From Mobula hypostoma (Eukaryota): a DNA stretch of 64,000 nucleotides. Position numbers and translations under genes: made by a program. Below the pieces are notes generated by a model. That model did no database searches. It was given only the letters and a program-made list of their open reading frames with translations, and was not told the origin of the DNA. Location: positions 2,790,001 through 2,854,000 of the forward strand of contig NC_086108.1 in NCBI RefSeq assembly GCF_963921235.1, written 5' to 3'. Numbering within the stretch: position 1 is the first letter of the stretch; every line of letters starts with the position of its first letter. Shown piece after piece: positions 52,471 to 64,000 of the stretch.

Positions 52471-54167
52471 GCAAAATGAAAGACCATAAGGTATAGGAGA
52501 AGAATTAGGCCATTTGGTCCATTGAGTCTGTTCCACCTTTCAAATCGTGGCTGTGTTCTTTTCAATTCCATTCTCCTGACTTTTTCCTGTAACTCTTAAA
52601 CCCCTGACAATCAAGAACTCTGCCTTAAATTCAATTCAATTCAAGCTTAATTGTTATTCAACCATACATGAATATTCATGAAAACAGCCAAATAAGACAG
52701 CGTTACTCCTGGGCCAAGGTGCAAAACACAGTACCAACAGTTACACACAGCACAAAGTACACATAGCACATAAAGACAGCCACACACAAAAAAACAGTCC
52801 AGGCCCGAGCCATGAACACTGCAGAAATCTGCAGAAATCTGCAGTTGACCACAATACAGCTTGTGTTCTGCCGAATGAACACTGGGGGACAGCACTGACT
52901 CCAGCGTACCACTCCGTGCCCTGTGGAGTGCATTGGCTCTTATACCTCTCTCCTGGAAACTGGAAATAGGCGACGCCTCAGCTTGAGGCCTAGTCCTCGC
53001 ACATACTATGTTGAAACACACACAATGATTGGCCACCACGGCTGAAACACAAACAATGATTGGCTGCCACAGCTGAAACACACACAATGATTGGCTGCCA
53101 CAGCTGAAACACACACAATGATTGGCCGCCACGGCTGTCTATGGCAATAAATTCCACAGATTCACCACCCTCTGGCTAAAGAAATTCCTCCCGATCTATG
53201 TTCTAAAGGGACGTCTTTCTATTCTGAGGCTGTGCCCTCTGGTCCTATATTAACCTACTAATGGAAACATCCTTTGTTGTTTGTGAAATTCCAAGGAGAT
53301 CAGCAGTTTCTGAGATATTCGAACCACCCCATCTGGCACCAATAATAATTCTACAGTCAAAGTCTCTTAGATCATATTTCTTCCCCATTCTAATGTTTGG
53401 TCTGAACAACAACTGAACCTCTTGACCACGCCTACAAACTTTTATGCATTGAGTTGCTGCCACACAATTGGCTGATTAGATATTTTCATTAGCGAGCAGC
53501 CATACAGGTTTACCTAACAAAGTAGGTACTGAATGTAGATAGAGGTGACTGTACATCTAGGGTACTGTGTACTGGATATTGTGATTGGTTGAAGGGAAGT
53601 AGCTGTTCCTTGACCAGGTTGTGTGGGCTTCAGGTTTTGTACCTCTTGCCTGATGGTAGCTGCAAGAAGATGATGTGGCCCTGATGGTGGGATCTTTAAT
53701 GAAAGATGCTGTCTTCTGAGATGGTGTGATCCAGATGGTGGGGATCTTTGGTGAAAGATGCTGTCTCTGAGAAGATGGTGTGGCGCAGATGGTGGAGATC
53801 TTTAATGAAAAACGTTGTTTCTGAGAAGATGGTGTGGCCCTGATGGTGGGATCTTTAATGAAAGATGCTGTCTCTGAGATGGTGTGATCCAGATGGTGGG
53901 GATCTTTGATGAAAGATGATAACTTCATGAAGTGGAAATGTAATGAATGGAACTCCAGTCGGTGACTGATTCTCCTGATGCCCTGATTCAAGGAAGATAT
54001 AGCAGTGTGAAAGATTTCCTCCAATAGTTTACCAGATATTGGTGTAGAAATAACTCACAGGATTTTGTCCCTCAAAGGTAGCCTGAGAGATGATCCCACT
54101 GTCCCGGAAAATGGTTAGGGTGACATGTGGCATTACAAACACAAGAGATTCTGCAGCCACCGGAAAA

Positions 54168-54445
54168 CCAGAGTAACACACACAAAATGCTGGAGGAACC
54201 CAGCCGGTCAGACAGTGTCTGAGGCCAGAGTAACACAGACAAAATGCTGGAGGAACTCAGCAGGTCAGACAGTGTCTGAGGCCAGAGTAACACACACAAA
54301 ATGCTGGAGGAACCCAGCCGGTCAGACAGTGTCGATGGTCAGAGTAACACACAAAATGCTGGAGAAATGCAGGTCAGACAGTGTCTGAGGCCAGAGTAAC
54401 ACAGACAAAATACTGGAGGAACCCAGCCGGTCAGACAGTGTCCAT
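54168..54445. repeat. ~57-bp tandem repeat (about 5 copies) derived from a Penelope-related terminus
   Basis: Unit AGAGTAACACACACAAAATGCTGGAGGAACCCAGCCGGTCAGACAGTGTCTGAGGCC; the same core occurs singly at ~9460-9500 and ~14990-15025 on the opposite strand. Confidence 0.9.
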
Positions 54446-54544
54446 GGGGTCAAGATGCTTCATCAGGATGATAAAGGAAAGGGAAAGAAGACAGAATAGG
54501 AAGGTGGTGGTGGTGGTGGGGAGGGAGGGCGAGAAGCACAAGCT

Positions 54545-55670
54545 GGGAGGTGATAGGTGGAGTCAGACAAGGGGGGAAGGTGGGTGGGTGGGGGAGAGGG
54601 ATGAAGTGAGAAACTGGGAGGTAATAGGTGGAGTCAGGCCTGGGGGAAGGTGGGTGGGTGGGGGAGAGGGATGAAGTGAGAAACTGGGAGGTGATTGGTG
54701 GAGTCAGGCCTGGGGGAATGTGGGTGGGTGGGGGAGAGGGATGAAGTGAGAAACTGGGAGGTAATAGGTGGAGTCAGGCCTGGGGGAAGGTGGGTGGGTG
54801 GGGGAGAGGGATGAAGTGAGAAACTGGGAGGTAATAGGTGGAGTCAGGCCTGGGGGAAGGTGGGTGGGTGGGGGAGAGGGATGAAGTGAGAAACTGGGAG
54901 GTGATTGGTGGAGTCAGGCCTGGGGGAAGGTGGGTGGGTGGGGGAGAGGGATGAAGTGAGGAATTGGGAGGTGATAGGTGGAGTCAGGCCTGGGGGAAGG
55001 TGGGTGGGTGGGGGAGAGGGTTGAAGTGAGAAGCTGGGAGGTGATAGGTGGAGTCAGGCCTGGGGGGAAGGTGGGTGGGTGGGGGAGAGGGTTGAAGTGA
55101 GAAACTGGGAGGTAATAGGTGGAGTCAGGCCTGGGGGGAAGGTGGGTGGGTGGGGGAGAGGGATGAAGTGAAACTGGGAGGTGATAGGTGGAGTCAGGCC
55201 TGGGGGAAGGTGGGTGGGTGGGGGAGAGGGATGAAGTGAAACTGGGAGGTGATAGGTGGAGTCAGGCCTGGGGGAAGGTGGGTGGGTGGGGGAGAGGGAT
55301 GAAGTGAGAAACTGGGAGGTGATTGGTGGAGTCAGGCCTGGGGGGAAGGTGGGTGGGTGGGGGAGAGGGATGAAGTGAGAAACTGGGAGGTGATTGGTGG
55401 AGTCAGGCCTGGGGGGAAGGTGGGTGGGTGGGGGAGAGGGATGAAGTGAGAAACTGGGAGGTGATTGGTGGAGTCAGGCCTGGGGGGAAGGTGGGTGGGT
55501 GGGGGAGAGGGATGAAGTGAAACTGGGAGGTGATAGGTGGAGTCAGGCCTGGGGGGAAGGTGGGTGGGTGGGGGAGAGGGTTGAAGTGAGAAACTGGGAG
55601 GTGATTGGTGGAGTCAGGCCTGGGGGGAAGGTGGGTGGGTGGGGGAGAGAAGCTGGGAGGTGATTGGTAG
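54545..55670. repeat. ~70-bp G-rich minisatellite, about 16 copies
   Basis: Unit GGGAGGTGATTGGTGGAGTCAGGCCTGGGGGAAGGTGGGTGGGTGGGGGAGAGGGATGAAGTGAGAAACT. Confidence 0.95.
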
Positions 55671-57122
55671 AAAAGGTAAAGGGCTGAAGAAGAAGGAATC
55701 TGATTTTGACAGGATAGTTCTGTGACAGGATTCTACACTCCTATAAACTTCTGTAGGAACTGCCCTGGGTCCAACACATCAGTGCCACTATGAAGAATGC
55801 ACAACAGCACCTCCAGTTCCTTAGACGTTCATGAAGATTTGTCACAACAAACTTCTATAGATGTGTGGTGGAGAGTGTCTCATCACAGCCTGGTATGGAG
55901 CATTGGAATGGAAAATCCTGCAAAAAGTAGTGGATTTGGCACAGTACATTGCGGGTAAACCTCCCACCCCAACCACCCAGAACATCTACACCAAGCCCTG
56001 TGGCAGGAGAGCAGCATCCGTCGTCGGGGACCCCCACCACCCAGGCCACGCTCTCTTCTCACTGAAGGAGGTACAAGAGCCTCAGGACTCACAGATTCAG
56101 AAACAGATATTAACCCTCAACCATCAGGCTGTTCAACCTCACTTGTCCCATCTCTGAACTGTTCCCACAATCTATGCACTCACATTCAAGGCCTCTTCAT
56201 CTCATGTTCTTGATAGTTACTGCTTATTTATTACTATTATTATTATTATTGCACAGTTTGCTGTATTTTCCATGTTGGTTGTTTGTCCCTCCTGCTGGGC
56301 ACAGACTTTCATTGGTTCTACTGTGTTTCTTGGATTTGCTCAGTATGTCCTCAAGAAAAAGAATCTCAGGCTTGTACATGGTGATATAGATGTACTTTGA
56401 TAATAACCCTACCGTGAACTTTGATTCCTTCTTCTTCAGCATTTTACCTTTTCTACCTATCACCTCTCAGCTTCTCACTTCACCCCCTGCCCTGCTCACC
56501 TGTCAGTATGTACTCCCTCCCCCCATCTTCTCATTCTGGCCTCTTCCCTCTTCCTTTCCAGTCCGGATGAAGGGTCTCCACCCAAAACGTTAACTGTTTA
56601 TTCCTCTCCATAGATGCTGCCTGACCTGCTGAATTCCTCCAACGTTTTCAAAGAATGTATAAAACACACAACCTTGAGATTTGTCTGCTTACAGGCAGCC
56701 ACAAAGCAAGAAATCAGAAAGAACCCAATTTAAAAATTAAAGACCAACCCCCAACGTGCAGAGAGAAAGACGAAAAAAAGACATCCTGCAAACAGAAGCG
56801 AGCATCAAAACCAGCATTCTGAACCGAATTGAGTCCTCAGATCCAAATCCACGGATCAGCCTGGAGTAGGCCCAAAGCCTCGGTATTCAGCTCATCGTTT
56901 TAGCGGGGCAAATCGCCGCAAAGTTCACAGACACAAAGCACAGGCAGACCAGCAGTTTCACAGCCTTATCCTCGTGCAGAGAGGAGTGAACATTGATCAG
57001 GCTTAGCTACACAAATTGCTCTGGGCCTTGTGAAGTGAGGCATTCTCATTGCTCTGAGAAAGGGCAGCTGCAGAGAGACTGTCCCGTGACTCGATGCTTG
57101 GGATGGTGTCACTGGGCTGAGG

Positions 57123-58720
57123 CAGGGGACCCAACCTTTTCTGCACTGCGGACCGGCTGACGGCGGGGGGTCGGGTGTTAATCATGACTGGAATATAGGT
57201 GATAAGTCAACTATAAGTCACTTATAAATGGCTAATACACTTAATTTCGTTTCTAAAAGGGTTTATCTAACGAATTTAATATTAAACACACACAGCGCAT
57301 ATTTTCCTCGCATGAATATAGTGATAAGTCAATTATAAGTCACTTATAAGTCAATAGCATCATAACATTTTAAGTAACGTTTGGATATTAAACACACAGC
57401 ACTTATTTTCCTCATATGAACATATAAAATCATTGCAACACACCAATATCGCTGAATCAGTGGGAGCCCTGGGCTTGTTTCCCTGCAACAAGACGGTGCC
57501 ATCGAGGGGTGAAGGGAGACATCGATACTCGAAGGGGGTTCCTGATGTCCAGTCTATTCCGCAATTTAGTTTTCATTGCATTCATTGCAGAAAACTCCGC
57601 TTCGAAGAGATATGATGTTGGAAATGGAAGCAACGTTTTCAGTGCTTTCATGGCTATCTCAGGATATTCAGCCTTGATTTTGATCCAGAATGCCAGCAGA
57701 GATGTTATGTCAAACAGACGTGAGTTGAGGGCTTTTGCTTTGATGTGATTGATAACTCCAACAACGTCACTCAATATGCTGTTAAGATCAGGTGACATTT
57801 TTCGGCTAGCCAGCATTTCCCTGTGTGTGACACAGTGTGTAGACTGGCATTCAGAAGCAACCTTTGACTCGGGGAGTGAAACCAGACGGCCGTCCAGTCA
57901 TAACTGCAGCCCCGCCTGTGCATATTCCAACACAGAATGACCAGTCCAGTTTGCCTGACATGTAGTCATTCAAAGACTTGAATAGTTCTGCCCCAGTTGT
58001 GTTAGTTGGCAGCGGCAGTGTACACAACATATCCTCATGCACACTGTCTTGAAATATATATTGCACATAAACCAGCAGCATTGCCTTGTTGTCAACATCG
58101 GTAGACTCGTCGCCCTGGATAGCATACCATGGTGACTCAATAAACCGTTCCAACAGCTGGGCTTCGATGTCCTCCGCTATGTCATCGATTCTCCTTGAAA
58201 CTGTGGTAGCTGAAAGAGAAACCTGTGCCATCTTGTTAGCTGCAGCTTCTCCCAACAGTTCACGGCACATGTCCTTGGCAGCAGCCAGAGTCAGTTCTTC
58301 ACCAACAGTGAAAGGCTTCTTAGCCTTAGCAATACGGCTAGCCACTAAGTACGACGCTCTCAGAGCAGCAGCATTTATGGAGGTGGTGTCTCTCAGCACT
58401 TCCTTCTGTCCCGCTTGCTCACGTTTTTTCCGCTCGAAAAACTCAACGGGTTTGTCTTTAAGTGCAGGGTGCTTGGACTCGAGGTTCTGAAGCAGTTTTG
58501 AGGGCTTCATTGCCTCACTAGACAGCGTGTCTTCACATATCACACACAGGGGACTTGGTGCGTGCAAATCACCGGTCGCAAAAAAGCCATATTTTATGTA
58601 CGACTCGTCGTATTTTTTGTTGAAGAAAGCTTTCTTTTTTTTGCAGTCTCGGCCTCGGCTGTCTCTGCGTTATCATCATCGTTAGGCCTTTTATGTCCCC
58701 TACCATCTCTTCCAAAGGGA
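57123..58720 (-). mobile_element. hAT Charlie/Buster-type DNA transposon, defective
   Basis: TIR-like CAGGGGACCCAACCTTTT at 57123. Transposase remnants: YDESYIKYGF, PLCVIC...MKPSKL..L.SKH, YAIQGDESTD, LLPFPTSYLFEAEFS. Internal deletion near 57715; 5' end lost at the CR1 junction. Confidence 0.9.
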
Positions 58721-58735
58721 CTGCCTGCACTCATT

Positions 58736-61018
58736 GGCTGGACGTGCATCTCTAATAGGCAAAATAAGCAAAATAGAATGGAGGATTGTAGACTCTGCCA
58801 TGGTCAGAACGACCATCGAAAGATGCAGAAGGAGTCCTGAAGGTGAAATCAGAGAGGACAGGAACATTTTTAATTGGGGAAGGGCAAATTATGAGGCTAT
58901 AAGGCTAGAACTTGCGGGTGTGAATTGGGATGATGTTTTTGCAGGGAAATGTACTATGGACATGTGGTCAATGTTTAGGGATCTCTTGCAGGATGTTAGG
59001 GATAAATTTGTCCCGGTGAGGAAGTTAAAGAATGGTAGGGTGAAGGAACCATGGGTGACAAGTGAGGTGGAAAATCTAGTCAGGTGGAAGAAGGGAGCAT
59101 ACATGAGGTTTAGGAAGCAGGGATCAGATGGGTCTATTGAGGAATATAGGGAAGCAAGAAAGGAGCTTAAGAAGAGGCTGAGAAGAGCAAGAAGGGGGCA
59201 TGAGAAGGCCTTGGTGAGTAGGGTAAAGGAAAACCCCAAGGCATTCTTCAATTATGTGAAGAAAAAAAGGATGACAGGAGTGAAGGTAGGACCGATTAGA
59301 GATAAAGGTGGGAAGATGTGCCTGGAGGCTGTGGAAGTGAGCGAGGTCCTCAGTGAATACTTCTCTTCAGTATTCACCAATGAGAGGGAACTTGATGATG
59401 ATGAGGACAATATGAGTGAGGTTGATGTTCTGGAGCATGTTGATATTAAGGGAGAGGAGGTGTTGGAGTTGTTAAAATACATTAGGACAGATAAGTCCCC
59501 AGGGCCTGACAGAATATTCCCTAGGCTGCTCCACGAGGCGAGAGAAGAGATTGCTGAGCCTCTGGCTAGGTTCTTTATATCCTCGTTGTCCACGGGAATG
59601 GTACCAGAGGATTGGAGGGAGGCGAATGTTGTCCCTTGTTCAAAAAAGGTAGTAGGGATAGTCCGGGTAATTATAGACCAGTGAGCCTTACGTCTGTGGT
59701 GGGAAAGCTGTTGGAAAAGATTCTTAGAGATAGGATCTCTGGGCATTTAGAGAATCATGGTCTGATCAGGGACAGTCAGCATGTCTTTGTGAAGGGCAGA
59801 TCATGTCTAACAAGCCTGATAGAGTTCTTTGAGGAGGTGACCAGGCATATAGATGAGGGTAGTGCAGTGGATGTGATCTATATGGATTTTAGTAAGGCAT
59901 TTGACAAGGTTCCAAACGGTAGGCTTATTCAGAAGTTTGGCCAGGTGGATTCAGAATTGGCTTGCTTGCAAAAGGCAGAGGGTCATGGTGGAGGGAGTAC
60001 ACTCAGATTGGAGGATTGTGTGTTGTCCCACAAGGATCTGTTCTGGGACCTCTACTTTTCGTGATTTTTATTAACGACCTGGATGTGGGGGTAGAAGGGT
60101 GGGTTGGCAAGTTTGCAGACGACACAAAGGTTGGTGGTGTTGTAGATAGTGTAGAGGATTGTCAAGGATTGCAGAGAGACATTGATAGGATGCAGAAGTT
60201 GGCTGAGAAGTGGCAGATGGAGTTCAACCCGGAGAAGTGTGAGGTGGTACACTTTGGAAGGACAAACTCCAAGGCAGAGTACAAAGTAAATGGCAGGATA
60301 CTTGGTAGTGTGGAGGAGCAGAGGGATCTGAGGGTACATGTCCACAGATCCCTGAAAGTTGCCTCACAGGTGGATAGGGTAGTTAAGAAAGCTTATGGGG
60401 TGTTAGCTTTCATAAGTCGAGGGATAGAGTTTAAGAGTCGCGATGTAATGATGCAGCTCTATAAAACTCTGGTTAGGCCACACTTGGAGTACTATGTCCA
60501 GTTCTGGTCGCCTCACTATAGGAAGGATGTGGAAGCATTGGAAAGGGTACAGACAAGATTTACCAGGATGCTGCCTGGTTTAGAAAGTATGCATTATGAT
60601 CAGAGATTAAGGGAGCTAGGGCTTTACTCTTTGGAGAGAAGGAGGATGAGAGTAGACATAATAGAGGTGTACAAGATAATAAGAGGAATAGATAGAGTGG
60701 ATAGCCAGCGCCTCTTCCCCAGGGCACCACTGCTCAATACAAGAAGACATGGCTTTAAGGTAAGGGGTGGGAAGTTCAAGGGGGATATTAGAGGAAGGTT
60801 TTTTACTCAGAGAGTGGTTGGTGCGTGGAATGCACTGCCTGAGTCAGTGGTGGAGGCAGATACACTAGTGAAGTTTAAGAGACTACTAGACAGGTAAATG
60901 GAGGAATTTAAGGTGGGGTTTATATGGGAGGCAGGATTTGAGGGTTGGCACAACATTGTGGGCCGAAGGGCCTGTACTGTGCTGTACTATTCTATGTTCT
61001 ATGTTCTATGTTCTATGT
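58736..61018 (+). mobile_element. CR1 LINE, 5'-truncated
   Basis: ORFs 58734-60897 with RT motifs; (TTCTATG)n tail. Confidence 0.95.
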
Positions 61019-61074
61019 GATACAGAATCCTTTCTCCAATTCTGATCTGATGTTGGAAATAGCTCAGAAAATGT

Positions 61075-61640
61075 GTAGCTTGATGGTTGAGTTGAGTTGT
61101 TCTCCAATCTTGGCAATCAATTTGCAAACATTTCGTCACCATTCATCATCAGTGAGCTGGTCACTTGTGGTGTGTCCTCCAAATGCTGGACTTTTATATA
61201 CTTATCAATCAGCTGATTGGCAGTCATTACGGAAAATCAATTGTGATGTAGGGAGGGGGGTCTCGTTGCTGATTGGTCTCTGTGTGTTGTCTGGAATTTT
61301 GCCTGCATTGGCTTATAAATGGGAACAAGGTCTATGAGTCAGTTTATAGAATTGTTCCTACAAAACCACGCTTCTAGGAATTCTTGTGCCATAACTTTCA
61401 CTGATGCCTGGTCCAATTTGTGCCTCTCTTGATCTTCATGAGTAGAGACTAAGCAAAGTTGCTTAACAGTTAGTTGACATGCATGGATCCTTGAGGATAT
61501 CTTTCTCCTATTTTGACTGACGTAATATTTGTTGCAGTTCCCACATTGGATTCTTTAGACCACTTTGGTCTTTTCCAATAGCTTGGTTTGTTCTTTAGGT
61601 CTGATCTAATGTGTTTAAACTGTCATCGGCCATGTGTTAT
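61075..61640 (-). mobile_element. Decayed Penelope-like 3' fragment
   Basis: Minus-strand VV*RIQCGNCNKYYVSQ (GIY-YIG-like) and a CTGATGA...GGTGACGAAA hammerhead remnant. Confidence 0.6.
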
Positions 61641-64000
61641 TGTGGTCAAGTTTTAGAATTCCTTCCCTAAACCTCCCATTTAAGACTTTTCTTTCACACC
61701 TACAGTATCTACTGGACCAAGCTCATGATCATGAAGGAACCTACTGCCAAATTCCTTTTGATCCTCCTGACATCCTCCAAGAGTATCACTGCCCTGTCGT
61801 AGGGTTTGGAGGTTTGCACGCCTCAATGACCTGGAGAGCCATGCTGGCTGGAGTCAGGGCCTTGTGTTCTGGCTCTTGCTAGGGTCAAAGGGTAGAGGTC
61901 AGACTGAGAGTGGTCCACTGTCCTCCAGGTTTGGGGGTTCAACTCAGTGCTAACAACCCTGACTGTTCAAAAATGACACAGAAACAGCAGTGAAGAATCC
62001 TTCATCTGCATGTGATAGTATTCCCAATTCTCCACTCAGGACTTGTTGGACTGACAGTAATGGAAACCAAGAGGAGGCTACTGACACGATGAAGGAAGCC
62101 CTGCACATCACCAGAGATGCAGGACCTTCGTTACTGCTCTAAACACCGGCAACATAGCAGGCAGTAGGCAAGTACTCCTGTCATGCATTGTGGAACGTTT
62201 TATGACGTTGTTAATGCTATATTGGTGCAAATTATTGTTATTGTCAGTTTTTGAATATATTCTTTAATAGTCTTTGAAGAGCAACTCTACAATGGACCAG
62301 AGACACAAAGAACATGGTGCAATATTAATGAACAACGCCACGAAGTGCAGTTTTTTTCCAATAAGACCAATTACTGACACCACTTTTAAGATACAAGTCA
62401 CAACACTCTTCCCTACATCACAATGGTCCATGATTAATCCTGAATACAATTATGAAGAAGGCACGGTAGCACCTCTACTTCGTTAGGAGTTTGTAGAGAT
62501 TCAGCCTTCTATAGATGTGTGGTGGAGAGTATATTGACCAGCTGCATCACAGCCTGGTATGGACACACCAATGCCCTTGAACAGAAAATCCTACACAAAG
62601 TAGGATCTGGCTCAGTCCATCACGGGTAAAGCCCTCCCCCCACTCAGCACAGGAAAGCAGTATCCAGGGACCCTCACTGCCCACGTCATGCTCTCTTCTC
62701 ACTGCTGCCATTGGGAAGAAGGTTTGGGAGCCTCAGGTCCCACACCACCAGGTTCAGGAACAGTTGTTACCCCACAACCATCAGGCTCCTGAACCAGTGT
62801 GGATAACTTCACTCACCACAATGAGCCTCAGGTCCCACACCACCAGGTTCAGGAACAGTTATTACCCCACAACCATCAGGCTCCTGAACTAGAGGGGATA
62901 ATTTCACTTGCCCCATCATTGAAATGTTCCCAGAACCTATGGACTCACTCTCAAGGACTTTCCATCTCATGTTCTCAATATTTATTGTTTATTATTATTA
63001 TTATTTCTTCTTTTTCTATTTGGAGAGTTTGTTGACCTGCACTCTGGTTGAACGCCCTAGTTGTGGGGTCTTTCACTGATGGTGTTATGGTTATTATTCT
63101 ATGGGCTTACTGAGTATGCCCACAAGAAAACAAATCTCAGGGTTGTATATGGGTACATATACATACTTCGATAATAAAATTTACTTTTGAACTTTGAATG
63201 CCTGTTTTGTAATTTCAAAATCATAGAGTCATAGAGCTCTACAGCACAGAAACAAGCTGTTGTTCTGCTTAATCACATTGAATCACACATGGACCATAGA
63301 CATTTCACCTTTCACCCACAACCTCTAGTTGTCATCTCATTCAAGCTCAGTGGAAAAAGCCTGCTTGCATTTACCCTATCTGGTTGGTTGGTGGTTGGCA
63401 TCCGTCTGTCTCAAAGGACAATGGGTGATGATCATGATCATCACAAGACTGGGCAGAAGGTCTGGAGATCCTGAGATGCCCAGTCATCAAGGTCCCCCTC
63501 TCGGCCTCACCAGTGTAGTCCAAAGGAAAGCTTATGAAGCAATACTCCTGGCACCAGCTTGGCTGCAGGACCTGCTGGAAGGGTGTTCAATCATGTCCAG
63601 CTGCCTTAGGGGCTCCAATCTGGAGTTATATACCCTGTATAATTTTGTACATCTCTATCAAATCTCCTCTCCTGCTCCTATGCTCCAAGGAATAAACTGC
63701 AAACCTATTCAACCTTTCCTTGTAACTCACCTCCTGGCAACATCCTTGAAAATTTCCTCTGTATTCTTCCAATCCCTTTCCTGTAGTACATGGTCTTATG
63801 CTGCTGTAGCCCATCCACTTCAAGGGGTTCAACGTGTGGAGTGTTCAGAGATGCTCTTCTGCACACCACTGTTGTAACACATGGTTATTTGAGTTACTGT
63901 CAGCTCGAACCAGTCTGATCTTTCTCCTCGGAGCTCTCTCATTAACAAGGCATTTTCACCCACAGAACTGTCGCTCACTGGATGATTTTTCTTTTGCTTC

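Noticed and set aside
54168..55670. CRISPR-like array
   Set aside because: The repeats are head-to-tail with no unique spacers and no cas genes, in a eukaryotic context.
57457..58567. Domesticated ZBED/SCAND3-like host gene
   Set aside because: Frameshifts, an internal deletion and a retained terminal repeat indicate a dead transposon.
62170..62460. Short ORFs in a unique AT-rich segment
   Set aside because: No recognisable homology and no convincing pair of splice sites.
31600..64000. Exons of SARS2 or other expected CCER2 neighbours
   Set aside because: I found no matching peptide by eye in the unique segments, so synteny cannot be confirmed from this window.

Overview
Vertebrate genomic DNA, very repeat-rich; the repeat families (CR1, Rex1/Babar, RTE, Penelope-like, Chapaev3-like) suggest a cartilaginous fish, which is inference. 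One host gene is well supported. It is a minus-strand granin-type secretory precursor with five coding exons in the window (31312-31267, 11111-11065, 8651-8561, 8321-8253, 1939-~1092; 46+47+91+69+848 nt = 367 codons, all splice phases compatible). The last exon probably lies left of position 1. Exons 1-4 look like chromogranin A (signal peptide, Cys-loop/vasostatin region, HQNLLREL). The large exon 5 carries KRVQENASDEETDQFEAGQKGMKMLG and a His run, which match my recollection of mammalian CCER2, so the gene may link CCER2 to the chromogranin family. Its 5' end has a TATA-like box, an ETS/CRE-like composite and an intronic RE1/NRSE-like site. The rest is nested transposable elements with several readable target-site duplications, two solo LTRs, Penelope-type minimal hammerhead ribozyme motifs, minisatellites, and a weak candidate second small minus-strand gene at ~38.3-42 kb. 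All homology statements are from memory; no database search was run.
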